Positions 24,033-37,093 of a stretch of 64,000 nt of DNA are shown in pieces (position 1 is the stretch's first letter; every line of letters begins with the position of its first letter). A program made the position numbers and the translations under genes. The notes beneath the pieces were generated by a model. That model did no database searches, was not told the DNA's origin, and saw only the letters and a list, made by a program, of their open reading frames with translations. This DNA is from Macrostomum lignano (Eukaryota): the NCBI GenBank assembly GCA_002269645.1, contig NIVC01002134.1, positions 34,513 to 98,512 of the forward strand. Reading direction: 5' to 3'.

Positions 24033-24604
24033 CTAAAGTACAGAAGTCATATCTTCGATTTAATTGTTTTTCATTTTGATTTTTTACATTCCTTATCAGG
24101 TTAATTCGCTCATGGATAATTTACAGGCTAATTACGAGTATTTAGCTACAATACGTTAAAAAAGGTCTTGAAGTTTTTTCAGCCTGTAGCATTTTCCCAC
24201 CGTGACTGCCTACAAGCAGAGTCTTTAGACCATCTAATAATAAATCTTGCATACTAGAGTTGCTTACGAAAGCCAATACGCAGCCACTTGCAACTTGTGC
24301 GTTAGTGGGTTTACATTTGTATTTAAGACCTATCGTATGCTGCAGTTGCTGCTGCGAATAAAAAGAAAAATATCGTGGGAACTAAAAAAAACGATGATTC
24401 AGATTAAACTACGCTAGTACCAGGCTTCAGAAGCAAGGAGCAGAGAAGCCAGAAAGACCGAACAGATTAATATAGGCCGAAAAAGAAGTCGCTAAAACAA
24501 ACAAACTGAGATTTTGTATAAATAACGCAGCTGAAACCGCCTTTCTTGAGTGTCCTTGCGTCAGATAGAGCGAAATTCTTCACCCTATAGTTGTTACTAA
24601 AGAG

Positions 24605-26948
24605 ATGGAATCCGGTACGAAAGCGCAACAAACTGGTCAGCAAGAAGCTGCCTACCTGCGCCAGTGCCTCGAGTCGCAGACCATCGACTACCTGCTGAGC
24701 AAGCCGGCCTGCTTCAATCTGCTCGCAATAGGCGAGGACGGCTTAGGTAAAGTGACCTTCCTTGAGACTCTGTTTGGAGTGAGAGCCGCAGGCTTAAGGG
24801 AAGACAAAGATCGCGCGGTGGCTGTCACTGCCGGGGCCGACCCATCCAGAGAGTTTCCCGTCAGCGTGCTGAAAGAGAAGCTCTGCTTAGGTGACTCCAG
24901 CTCAACAATTGAGTCACTAAACGAATCACAAACTCAGCAACAGCAGCAGCAGCAACAACAGTCGTTTCTAAGCGGCAACAATCGTAGACTGACGGTCCGA
25001 CTGATGAGTACAGTTAATTACACTGTTGGCGAAAGCAACCGAAGCCCATGGACTTCGGTTGCTGATTTCTTAGCCAAACAGGTTCGTATTTGTTTGAATC
25101 ATTAAAAAGTTAAAATTAATATAAATATGAGTACTGTAAATTCTAAAAACCTACAGGTGACCAGCTATGTCAACACCAGAGCCGTCAATCAATTCGATTT
25201 TCGTCCGGAAGAGGACGAACGAGTCCACTGCTGTTTGTACTTTCTGCCGCCAATTGGAGGCCGGGGCCTGCGCAGATGCGACGCTTTGGCTTTAAAGTAC
25301 CTCGAGGACAAGGTAGAAAGCTTTTAACTCGTTCTGCTACATGTAGTTTACTTATTCTAGCAAGCAATGCTCAGAAAAGGTGGCCGTAGCCTAGTGATCT
25401 ATCGCGGCGTTCTTATAGGATATGCACTCGGACCAGGCTCGATTCCAAGTGCAGTCACATTAATTCGGAGCTACGAGCTAAATTGGAATCTCGGCTTGGC
25501 TCTGCTCATGCAATTAACGGCCTTGAGGGCCGACCCCCAAGGCACAGTGAATTGTACATGCCTAACGATAGGTAAAGCTATAGGGCCGCTGTACACTCCT
25601 GTGTGAGTGTGTGCCTGTGCGTACACGTATGACCGCGTACGTATCTGGAATGGGCAGTAATGCCTCTCGCCGGTTGTATAAAAATTTTAAAGTGCGTCAG
25701 CTAATCTAAAGTATTGGCGCACATTTAGGTATCGGAAATCTTGCTTGTATTAATTCTCTACTAGGAGTAGCAAGAAAAGCATAATCTAATAATATATACA
25801 GTGTGCCAAATGGTTGTGCACTAATAGGACTACAAATGCGATGACTGTCTTAAAGTGAGCTCCAAGTTTGTTTCTGATTTATTGCGACTGTTAGTGCAAT
25901 CCATAAAACTAAAACCTCGCGCAGGTGAACTTGGTCCCTGTGCTGGCTAAAGCGGACAGTTACACGGCTGACGAGCTCAATGATCGTAAAAGTGCCGTAG
26001 CAGCCGATCTGCAACGCTTCGGCATCGCTGTGCACCAGTTTCTGCTGCCGATTCAGCAGCAGCTGCAGCAGCAGCAGCAGGCACCGCAGCCGGGTCAGCG
26101 GGTGCTGCCATCACCGCTGGCCGTCATCGGAGCTCCGCATCCGGAGACGTCGCGCACCTTGCCGTGGGGCAGCAGCGTCAGCGTTGAAGACGATCGGTAC
26201 AGCGACGTAGCAGCTGTTAGGCGTCTCATTGTGGAGAGAAACATGCTGGTAATTTTCTGACTCTGGTTGCATCTTTTTTTCATTTTCAGTTTATTGTCGT
26301 CACGTTTCTCGACAATAACCACAATAACGACAACGGTAAAATACAGGTTAATGATTAAGTCATTATTTTTAATTGATTACACACAAATAGGCAGATGTGT
26401 AACCGACTGCTCAGCCACAGCTATTGCATGGCGCATCTGAAGGCTGCTTACGCGTTGTCGCGGCTGCTCAGTCCAAGGACTGGGGGGGGGGTCGCCACAA
26501 ACAGCCATAATTGCCTAAGATAATGCTGATATCCATTTGTGAACTACAGCAATGCAGAGTTAAGTGTCTTACTCAAGCAGTGGATCGAGAATCGAACCCC
26601 CGACCTTTTAGTCGTGAGACCGACGCTCTTAACCTGTAGGCTTCAACCCATCATTCTTTGTATATTTTTCACTTTAAAACGTAAAATCCACTAAATCATT
26701 CATTATTATTTGCTTCCATCGTTTCTTCTGTGCTTTTCAGATTCTGCGCAAGTCAACGAAACGATTTCATTCGTCAATACAGAAGGTAGATATTAGCTTA
26801 TTCTGATGTATTTGTTTTACTTTTTAAAGTGAACAGATAAAAAATATAAAATCTGTGCACTACATTATCAAACCATAATTTCTCAAATTCACCAATATTA
26901 TAAAATGAATTTCAGTCCAAACTGCCGGCAACGCTACCAAGAAAGTGA
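24605..26948 (+). CDS. Divergent septin (exons 24605-25081, 25157-25312, 25925-26248, 26741-26785, 26916-26948)
   Basis: FNLLAIGEDGLGKVT (G1), DERVHCCLYFL, KVNLVPVLAKAD (G4), LPWG...EDDRYSD; the last two small exons are inferred from splice sites and frame only. Confidence 0.8.
25382..25700 (+). mobile_element. tRNA-derived SINE (family 1) in septin intron
   Basis: Head GGCCGTAGCCTAGTG..GGCTCGATTCC (A/B box-like); homologous to reverse complement of 51780-52155. Confidence 0.7.
26394..26644 (-). mobile_element. tRNA-headed CORE-like SINE (family 2)
   Basis: Minus strand GGTTCGATTC B box followed by TGAGTAAGACACTTAAC (CORE-like); second copy at 49464-49722. Confidence 0.65.
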
Positions 26949-27915
26949 ATATTTCAAAGCAGATCAAAGGTCTTAAAAACTGAATTAACTTTGGGAAAGT
27001 TTTAACTCTATTGAACTTTTTATTCGCTTTTAATTAACCGTCTTTATTGCAATAAATATAAGCACTCGTAACTGAAGACTTTATGAATTTGTAAAACTCA
27101 ATCTCTATCCAATCGCTACTGTTTTTCTAAACTTTTTCAAGCGTTTAAACAGCTACTAAGTTTGTTCAATGGATGGATTTTGATTAATAAAAATTTTAAT
27201 ATTAAATTTTAATGTTCAAGTAATAATTCTCGAAAACATACTTGCTTAAAATATCAGAGAATGCTCCAAGAATAGTTGATAAATAATTCAACTCTTGTTT
27301 GCTTCCTTTATTGAGTAAGATTTTGAATAAAGATTTAGCGAACTTCGGTATTGTAAAAGCACATAGTAGCAGGCACCGGCTGCAGCAGCTGCACCAGCTG
27401 AAGTATATGGCAAGATATACTTCAGAAGTTGGGCTCAGGAAAGTGCATAGTGTACAACTGCGAGCCAGAGGAGAGAAGAGAGGTGATAGAAAAGAGAACC
27501 AGAAGTTGGGCTCAGGAAAGTGCTACGCTCGTATTTCCTAGTTTCTATTTTCTGGCACTTTCCCCCAGAGGAAAGTCCCCAAGGCTGTTGTGGACGCCAG
27601 CCGTGAAAGCTGGGCCAAGTTGTGCTGGCTACACACTGTCCGAGCTGTCCGAGTTTTTACTGTCCACCCCTCAATGTACAATGTACAATGTACAATATAT
27701 GTGAGTAGCTCCCTGGGTAGTCCACACCGCGCGCGCACTGCAGGCGACCATCCCACCTCCTCTGCGGTGTAACTCATCTGCACGAGCCACCTTTTCACAC
27801 TGCCCACCCCCTCCATTGCCTTGCTGGACCAACTGGCACCTCCCACCAGCTTTGCTGACCGCCAGCCGGTCATAGGGGCCTGACATATCTCTCTGGCTTC
27901 GCCAATCGTTGGCTC

Positions 27916-28072
27916 ATTGTCTGCCTCCAAAGCCATAGACATAATCTACTATTGCCTGCCTCCAAAACCATAGACACAATCTACTATTGCCTGCCTCCAA
28001 AGCCATAGACATAATCTACTATTGCCTGCCTCCAAAACCGTAGACACAATCTACCATTGTCTGCCTCCAAAG
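27916..28072. repeat. 35-bp minisatellite (~4.5 copies)
   Basis: Unit attgcctgcctccaaagccatagacataatctact. Confidence 0.85.
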
Positions 28073-28848
28073 TGCTTTCCTCATAAACAAAACTTTTCAG
28101 AGAAAGTCTTACCTCTGAGTAGTCTATTATATTGTGTCTGTTTTATCGCTACGAGCAGTCCGTTGGAGAGAAGGGAAAGACGAACGGTGGGAAGGCAAGC
28201 TAGAAATAGAAACGGAACGGGAAAGTTGCCATCAAGCGGAGCGAAGAGCTCTAGACAGCTCTAGGCCGCTTCTCAAAGAGTTCTCGAATCGGAAAATTCA
28301 AGCCTTCAACCAGGCGGCAGGGAGATTTTAACTGACCTGTGAAAAAGGCAAACCAGCTCACCTCCCCACATGCATCCGCCATATCCTGCTCTAAGGTCTA
28401 CATGTAAGCGATTGCTAATGAGGGGAGATCGGAAGCTAATTAATTCGCAAACTGCTTCCATTCAGTCCTACCAACAATGGCGCACTTCTGGGACTGCAAC
28501 TGACCGTGCATCTACCGAAAAGTATTTTCTATATCTTAGCAAGTTGGAAATTATATGTATTTTTCAGCTCTAATGCAGAGGATAAAATATGCAAGTGATC
28601 CCCTGAATTCTTCTGCTGACGAGGGGCAAATTCAGCCTCACAGAGGCCATAAAACTTATCCACAGTGTCCTGCTGCCTTTAGTTGTAAGCAATATTAGCG
28701 TGTCTAATAAAAGACAAAAGACAAAATAATGACAAGCCATTAGTTGAAGCTTTGATCATAAATTCCTTCAATTATTGAAGCTTATTAAAGTATTTATCTT
28801 GCCATCACCCTTAGTGAGTTACTAAAATTCAAGGTTCACAATGCCGAT

Positions 28849-31800
28849 TCACTTCACTTCGAAGACGCTATTGTTGGAGTTCCCGCCGCACTTCTCGTTC
28901 GCGTTGCCGCCGCAAGCCACGCTGCAGTTGGCCTTCGCGGTGTCGCCGCTGTTTCCATACTCATTGCCGCAGCCACAGATTTTGCCGTTCTTGACGCCAA
29001 AGTAGGAAAACTTCTTGGCCTTGCAGATTTTATTGCACTTCCACACGGTCATGCGGTCGGACACCATGGCGACGGTGAAGTCCGGATACTCCGAGTCGTC
29101 CAGGTAACAGCCGAGGAATTCTTTAGTAGAGTGATATCAGATACAATAAGGCATTGGATTACTCCACAGTATAATGATACGCACTAGACTCAAAAGATTC
29201 AGTTCTTCGGCTTGAAACTCATAACGGTAAACACATTGGAAAAACAAACTAACATCAACTTTGCACAGATTAGAAACTCTTAGTTGTTTGTTTAAAGCTC
29301 GTGTGGAACAGAATTCTAGAACTTAACAGCTCAGATTTAGCATATTAGATTTCGTTTTGTAATGAATCGATGTAATTGTCTTACTTCTCGAGGGTCGTCT
29401 TCGAGCTGGCAGTCCAGTGGTGTAGATGCTGTTTCTCCAGCTCGATCCGCAGAAGGTGGACTTTTTACCAGAGCACTTCATCCTGCACTCGGACTTGGAC
29501 CTCTTTCCGTACTTGCCGTAGCTGTTTCCGCACCAGCACTCCTTGCTGTACTGCACACCGAAGTAGGCGTATCTCTTTGCTCTGCACAGTCGGTAGCACT
29601 TCGGGATGCTCATCGAGCCGGAGCCGGCCATCACTGGTAGGTCACGCTTTTTCTTGTCGATGTAGCAGCCGACGAATCGCATTCCCGGAGCTGTGTTTTT
29701 AACAAGTGTGCAATTTTATAATATCCAATACAACCGTTATTATTTAAATTAACGGCTAATATATACTTAGCAATGTACACGTCTTTTAACTGACTTTAGA
29801 TAAAAGCATATTAGACATTTCATAATCAATTATTTGACGAAATCTTTTTCAGCCATTTTAAATAGCATATTCATTTGCTATTAGCCATTTAGCTGGGGGG
29901 ATTGCTAATAGCTATTTTGAATAGCGTAAATTGCAGCACATATGAATAACCGATATAAATTTAAGGCATTGCAACTCTACAGCAGGTCTCACCTTTAGCC
30001 TTGGCCAAAAGACCAGTTGTGAAAATTTTGTTTCTCCAGACTCCACCGCAGTAAGTGGTCTTATCGCCGCTGCACTGCATTCTGCACTCGGTGTTCGGTC
30101 TGATTCCGAATCGGCCATAGTGATTGCCGCAGAAGCAATGGTTGCCATATTGCACTCCGAAGAACTTGTACTTGTGCTTTCGACAGAACCTGTAGCACTT
30201 GGGCACGCTCATGTGGCCTTTTGGAGCTTCGCGTCTCAGATCTCTGGTGGCTTTGTCGGCGAAGCAGCCGAGGTGCTTCAGTCCCGGAGCTGTTAAAAAA
30301 CAACGATATTTATTGAAAGGGCATGTCAACTTGAGCTCATAAAGTGAAGCCCGAGTAACCTATGTACACAAATGATACGTCATTCTGCTCACAGTGACAC
30401 CAGGAAGCTGGATTTGTCAAAAAAAGTGACAAAAAATGGACCTGAAATAGGAGAGAACAAGCAAAATGAGAATAAAGGACTATTATGTAAACTTAAGCTC
30501 ATAAGGTGGAGTCCCTAATTTTCCCCTTGCTTGTTCTATCCAATCCCAGGTCCAATTTTTGTCACTGACAAATCCAGCTTCCTGGTGTCACTGTGAGTAG
30601 AATGACGTATCATTTTTGTACATAGGTTACTCGGGCTCCACTTTATGAGCTTAAGTTGACACTTGACAGGCCCTTTATCTGAAAGACTATTCAAATTAAC
30701 AATGCAAAAGTTCATTATGTTAGTTTTGTATAAGAGAAGACTTACTTGACACTTTTCTAGTCTTGAGTCCGGTGCTGTAGACGGAGTTCCTCCACGGTCC
30801 GCCGCACTTCTCTCGCCTGTCGCCTTTGCACGTCATTTTACATTGCTTGTTGCTGACTCGACCCAGAGAGCCGTAGCTATTGCCGCAGGTGCAGTAACTG
30901 GCGTATTGCAAACCGGTGTACTTGTAGCCAGCACTCTTGCACAGGTTGATGCAGTAGTGGCTGTTGGCCTTCACTCCAGCGTTAACAACCTTGGGCAGGT
31001 CGCGGGCTGGGTTGTCGACGAAGCAGCCAAGATAAGCCGAGCCTGTGGACAAAAATCATAATCGATGTCGTTAATTACAGCTCATTTGAATAATCAAAAT
31101 AAAATCATAGGCATTGCAACACTAAAGAATCTTACCTTTTACCCTGATCGAAAGACCAGTTGTGAAAATTTTGTTTCTCCAGACTCCACCGCAGTAAGTG
31201 GTCTTATCGCCGCTGCACTGCATGCGGCACTCGGTGTTCGGTCTGATTCCGAATCGGCCATAGTGATTGCCGCAGAAGCACTGGTTGCCATTTTGCACAC
31301 CAAAGAACTTGTACTTGTGCTTTCGGCAAAACCTGTAGCACTTGGGCACGCTCATGTGGCCTTTTGGAGCTTCGCGTCTCAGATCTCTGGTGGCTTTGTC
31401 GACGTAGCAGCCGACGTACTTCAGACCCGGAGCTAAACATTTTTGAAATAAAAAAGTCGATCGAATTTATTTAGCCCTAAAACATCGTGAAAAATGTTTT
31501 TTTCAGCTTTTTTTCCTGAATCACGTACTCGAAGCTTTTCGCGTTGTGAGTCCGGTGCTGTAGATGGAGTTCCTCCACGGTCCGCCGCACTTCTCTCGCC
31601 TGTTGCCTTTGCACGTCATTTTACATTGCTTGTTGCTGACTCGACCCAGAGAGCCGTAGCTATTGCCGCAGGTGCAGTAACTGGCGTATTGCAAACCGGC
31701 GTACTTGTAGCCAGCACGCTTGCACAGGTTGATGCAGTAGTGGCTGTTGGCCTTGACTCCAGCGTTCACCACCTTGGGCAGGTCGCGGGCTGGGTTGTCG

Positions 31801-31980
31801 ACGAAGCAGCCAAGATAAGCCGAGCCTGTGGACAAAAATCATAGTTGCTGTCGTAAATTACAGCTTATTTCAATAATCGATCTCTGTAAGGCTAGTCAGT
31901 GCTAGCGGTGGCCGCTTACCTTGAGACGACAGCACATGCAGAAGGCACGCAACCAGCAATAACCAGCCTTTGCATGCCAT
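28849..31980 (-). CDS. Secreted 6xWSC protein (~608 aa), inverted paralog of the giant gene
   Basis: Exons 31980-31920 (signal peptide MACKGWLLLVACLLHVLSSQG), 31825-31529, 31432-31136, 31042-30746, 30289-29993, 29690-29385, 29120-28849. All GT-AG and phase 1; total 1827 nt, in frame to TGA. Confidence 0.88.
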
Positions 31981-32334
31981 TTTAGTTCGAGGTTGACGCT
32001 AGTCCAATTTTAGGTAATTTTCTGGCCGAGCTTGAAATAAATTGAAGAGCGAAGATTTGGCCTAAAAGCGGGCAACTTATTTACAGAGTACGCTCGTATT
32101 CCAGGCACGTGGACGTAAATCTCATTATAGTGTGTAGACAGCCAGCAATTAGCCAGCCTTTGCACGTCATTTTATTTTCACTGTTGTTGCCAATCGAACT
32201 AATTTTTCCGCTCTCGTGCTTTTGTCACTGACGCAGTCTACGGCGTGCCAGGAATTATTAGCTAGAATAAATGCAGCTCATCAGAAATTTTTGATACAGC
32301 AGAAATTATTTTTATCGGTCAATTTTGAAAGAAA

Positions 32335-32642
<308 letters not shown>

Positions 32643-32644
<2 letters not shown>

Positions 32645-33878
32645 GCCACCTCCAATCTCAGGCCCTGACAGGGTAGAAAGGACTGAACAAAGTCAATTTA
32701 GTTGGATTGCCGATATTTCGAATTAGGTAAATTCTTCGTCAGGGCTGGAAGCGTGTAAAATGTATTTGGCGCGAATTGCCGTCAATATATTATGGCGATA
32801 TCGCCAGGGAGAGACGATCCATAAATGGGTGTGCTCAAACACTTAAAACAGTACGCATGGCCAGTACATTAAAACGAGTCTGAGACTAAGAGAAATGCGG
32901 AAGGGTGGCTAGAACTGTACAAGTGGGCCTAAACGACCTTAAAGTGCAGGATAACAATTGTAAAAATAAAAGGCAAAATAAATAAACAGGGTAAATAAAA
33001 AGTATTAAATTCTCAGAGCAAAAAATGAAGCTGCACCGTACACAGTCAGAAAAATGAATAAAAAATCAGAGAAAAAAAAAAGTCAAAATAAATAAAAATA
33101 AAGCCAATGCAGAAAAATCACAGAGGGAAAAAGCAGTAAAAGAGCCTCTGTACAGGCGTTAAAAAAGACCTAGTTAGCAGGATCGAGCCTACTATGACAG
33201 AGCAGGGTCCGGAGGCTTCTCCCCTTGGTGTAGGCGGGCAGCACCGGGGTCTCGCAGTGGCGTATCACCCTGTCCTTCACCTTGGCAGCCAGGGCGTCGG
33301 AGGTCGCACAGTGGGGCAGGATCAGCGGGATGGCCGGTTTGTGCAGTATGCCGGCAAGTTCGTTGGCGCCGTGTGGAACATGAGTCCTCAGGACCTCGAT
33401 AAACTTGGCCTCCTGGCGCTGAGGCCGCTCGTCAGCTCTGGGTCCTGTGCCATCGCGTGTCCAGATGTCGGTGAAGGCGAAGTCCGTCAGACTGTGGCCA
33501 CCGCTGGGGAAGTGGCGCGCCACCGGAGTGTCGCGGGCGTGCCGGATGTAGCCGATGTGCGCCAGCATGCGACCGCGGATGCTGTTGGCGGTCTCGCTGA
33601 CGTAGACCGTGTGGTCGCACCGGCGGCAGAACACGGCATAGACGGCGTTCGTGGCGTTGCAGTCGATCCGCTGACTGATGATGAGCTGGACTGTCGTGGC
33701 TGCTGATCCGGGGCAGACGGAGGTGAACCTGGCGTGCGCCTGGCAGCACTTGCAGAGTCGGGCCGAGTTGCACGGCAGGAAGCCGAACTCCCACCGTCTG
33801 GTCGGGTAGAAGCCCAGCTCCGTCAGCACGTCGTACTTGATGGTGCGGAGGAAGCGCCGGCTGTAGCCTTGGTAGCCG
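32643..33878 (-). mobile_element. Penelope-like element 3' fragment (GIY-YIG endonuclease 33170-33878 plus 3' region)
   Basis: CNATNAVYAVFCRRC..YVSET..RMLAH..PVARHF..GHSLTD..EAKFIEVLRT..PHGANE matches the PLE-type GIY-YIG pattern; no RT present; GA tracts on both sides. Confidence 0.82.
32708..32745 (-). ncRNA. Candidate minimal type I hammerhead ribozyme
   Basis: Minus strand GCC-CUGACGA-A-GAAUU-UACCU-AAUUC-GAAA-UAUC-GGC: core boxes, 5-bp stem II, 3-bp stem I, very short palindromic stem III. Confidence 0.5.
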
Positions 33879-34503
33879 AGAGAGAGAGAAGAGAGAGGGA
33901 GAGAGAGAAAAGAAGAGATAAAAGAGAAGACAGATGAGGGAAGATACGAGAGATACGGCAGCATATCTGCAACCGTTACATGTACAGGTAAGACAAAATA
34001 TCTGATGATTTAGCTTGGCGGTGTACAGTGAGGTAATGAGCTCAGGGTGTGAGACTGGGATAAGCTTAGACCATTTGGCACTTCGGCAGAGTTGGAGAAG
34101 CTTCACTTCTTTCTGCTGCGATAAAACTTGAAAAGGCGCAGTAGTTTTATGGGAGGAATTTCTCTTCTGAAAATCTCTTGAGTGCATTGCCCGTTGACAG
34201 GCGTCGGCCCTTTTCAAACCATTATTTTCGCACTTTTTATCGGAATTTTTGACACAATTGCACCTCTCAGGTAGAGTGATGGCAATTAGTCCAACAGGTG
34301 TGCTATGGCCTGCTACAGGCTACTATATTAAAAATAGAGATTCCCATCTAACATTCGATTTTTTTAGAAATGAAGGCGCATCGATAAAACACTCAGCTGT
34401 CTTAACACGGAGTCCGCCGGCTATCCCAGAAAGTGTGTTCTAAAGTGTGTCCTCACGGATATGTGTTCTATATTTCGGGAAATATTACAAATATTGAGAC
34501 CAA

Positions 34504-36696
34504 ATGAATGCTTTACGCGCTGTCCAATGTTTTCTACTTTACGCTACAGGTGAGCTAATAAAATTCAAAACAAATTGTCGTATTTTAACATTTCATATCT
34601 AAGGAGGTGCTATAATCGCAGCTAAATTGACTTTACGGAAAATTTCAAGATTCATTTGTTTAAAACGTCAAAAAATGCGTTTTGATATGCTACGCATTTG
34701 ATACGCATACAGCAGACGGAGGCACAGGTAGCATGACTGCCCACCTTGAACAACCATAGTTTCTAAAATTATTGCTTTCAGTGATATGCTCTCACTGCCA
34801 CCTCATGAGTCTGACTGAAGCCGACGGACCCGTTGACCTCCGATCGAAGGCCAGACTCTCGGCCACCGTCATAAACATGTCGAGCCTGCTGACGGAAGCC
34901 GAATGCGCTGTGCGCTGTCGCCTCCTCGACTGCGCTGCCGCCGTCTTTGCTGCGAACTCGAGCCGGAGAGGATTTTGTCCGCTGGTTGTCGGCAACAACG
35001 AATCGGTCGAGTCGGAAAATGACCGGAGCAGCAAATCGGTTCTGATGATCAACTCGCCCGCCAGAGTGTGGCTCCGAGATGTTCGAGACAGTAGCATTTT
35101 CTTGGTAAAATTTTTCATGCTTGAGTTTTCAACTGAGTCAATTTTATATTACGTTTTTTAAGTTCCGTAGCCATGATAATTCCTGCACAGTGCATTTAGA
35201 ACAACCCAGCCTTAAATTATTCATTACATTTTCCTGCTAAACAAGAGAGAATGCATTTTCATTTTGGTTTTGGATAATCAATAGCTTACTTTTTAATAGG
35301 CTCAGAAACTCACTGGTAAACTCTCGGTGGTGAGAAAGTCAGGACTGCTGTATTACCTGTGTGAGGTGTGCTTGCGTGCTCAGTCAGTGCGCCAAGAGGC
35401 TAGCAAAGCGGGCATATCTGCTTGACTCCTCGCAGTGGCAGTGCTCGAAAACCCTTCCGAAAACTAATAAAATAACTGACTAGCTAGAGTTTCAGCACGC
35501 TTGTCAAGCAGTTTTGATTCGATTGACTCAACTTGAAACTTAAAACTTTTACACACAAGTCACAGAGTAAAAAATCGACAAAAACACTGCAGACGTTGGC
35601 ACTAACCGATCTGGCTCAATCCAGCGCGTCATCATCAACGTGACAGGCTCTTACTTCCTTGAAGTCGCTGGTGCCAAAGGTGGCGATTGTGGAGGCGGCT
35701 CGAAATTGGGAGGCCACGGCGCAAAAGTGTCAGGAATCTTCAATTTGACGGTCGGCCTGCAGCTGAGCATCGCGGTGGGACAGGCTGGTAGATCAACGGG
35801 TAGCTTAGGAGCAGCTGGCGGAGGCGGCGGCAGCTTCGTGTTCGTGAATGAAAGCTCTGCCAGGCTTCTGATTGGCATATTATTATCAGTTGTTAATAAT
35901 ATAGGAATGCAAAACCATCTCTTCCTTTCGTCAAACTACCAAGGATAGTTGTCGGCCTACCCTGAATTTTTTTTCTGCAACGTCTGTGTGAAGACCCAAC
36001 GAAGTCAGAGCTGATGCAGACACATTTGGTAGACTTGCTGATGAAACCGCTGGTAGAATCACAATTTGAATTTCAGAGCACTGTTGGGAGTTTTTTCCAA
36101 CTCAGTGCACCTCTTTATACTGAAGTTTTCCTTTAAGATGTGACACGACAGTTGAATCACTTTAGTCGAGGTAAAATCTTTATAAACCCGTTTTTACGTC
36201 AGGCATTCCGGGACTGGCCGGACCCGATGGCGGCAACTCCACAGGCGCCGACAACAACGTCGCTCTGCGTGGTTACGGAGGCGCTGACGGAAATCCGGGA
36301 CTCGCTTTGAACAGCAGCGACGTTATCAACGCTACGAGCTTCGGCGGCTGCGGCAGCGGCTGGCTGGGCAGGGCTGTCGCTCTCCGGCAAAACGACTATG
36401 ATGGCGAGCCTGGTGGCAGCAAATCCGAAAATTGGACTGGCGGCAGCGCAGCTGGTGGAACTAACGGTGACGGCGGCTTTGGTGGCGGCGGAGGCGGTGG
36501 CCGCCGTGACAACGAGCTGCCCGCGGCCGGCGCCGGCGGCTTCAGTGAAGGCGGCGCTGGACTCGGCGGAGGCCAGGCCGGCGAAGGCGGTGGCTCCTTC
36601 TGCTCAGCTGGCGACACCTGCTCAGGCTCGACCGGAGGCAACTCGGACAGCAGGCTTGGCTTTGTAGTGCTGCGTCTGTTGGGCGATGGGAGCTGA
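34504..36696 (+). pseudogene. PAN/apple + ALK/LTK-type glycine-rich gene A (probably disrupted)
   Basis: Exons 34504-34549 (signal), 34782-35132, 35593-~35874, 36203-36696. The exon-2 donor reads ctgagt where the paralog has gtaagt. Exon 3 loses homology at 35875, before the AAGGGGG motif. Confidence 0.65.
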
Positions 36697-37093
36697 AACT
36701 GATGAGGCACAGAGTCTGTCTAATACGATAATTTCTATAACACAAAAGTCAGGTAACCTAAAACGTCAAAATAAGCTTATGGTATCATATTTTCATCTAT
36801 TTTCATGGAACTATCTGATCAGCCGGTGAGTTAGCCAGTCAACGGAGTCACAGGGTAAAAATTGGACAAAAACAATGCAGACATTCTTATATCCTTGTAG
36901 ACATTGATAATAATGAAATTTACGGCCAGATTTGATTTGTCCTTGTTCATTCATTTTACAGAATTTTGATTTTGTTCGAATTGCAATAACATCAACAAAC
37001 TTTTGCTACTGACTATGAATTAATTTCTTGACTGCACTCTAGCTAGTATGCTCGTAAAACTTAGTAAAACTTGCACTTCTATACGAGCACCTA

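Noticed and set aside
28134-28331. ORF possibly resembling a retroelement endonuclease tail
   Set aside because: No diagnostic motifs recognisable by eye
28610-28665. Second hammerhead-like motif CTGACGAGGGGC...GCCTC
   Set aside because: No GAAA box after stem II; at most a decayed Penelope-type remnant
445-31844. Many antisense or alternative-frame ORFs overlapping WSC and FTP exons
   Set aside because: Shadows of GC-rich coding exons with no independent domain signal
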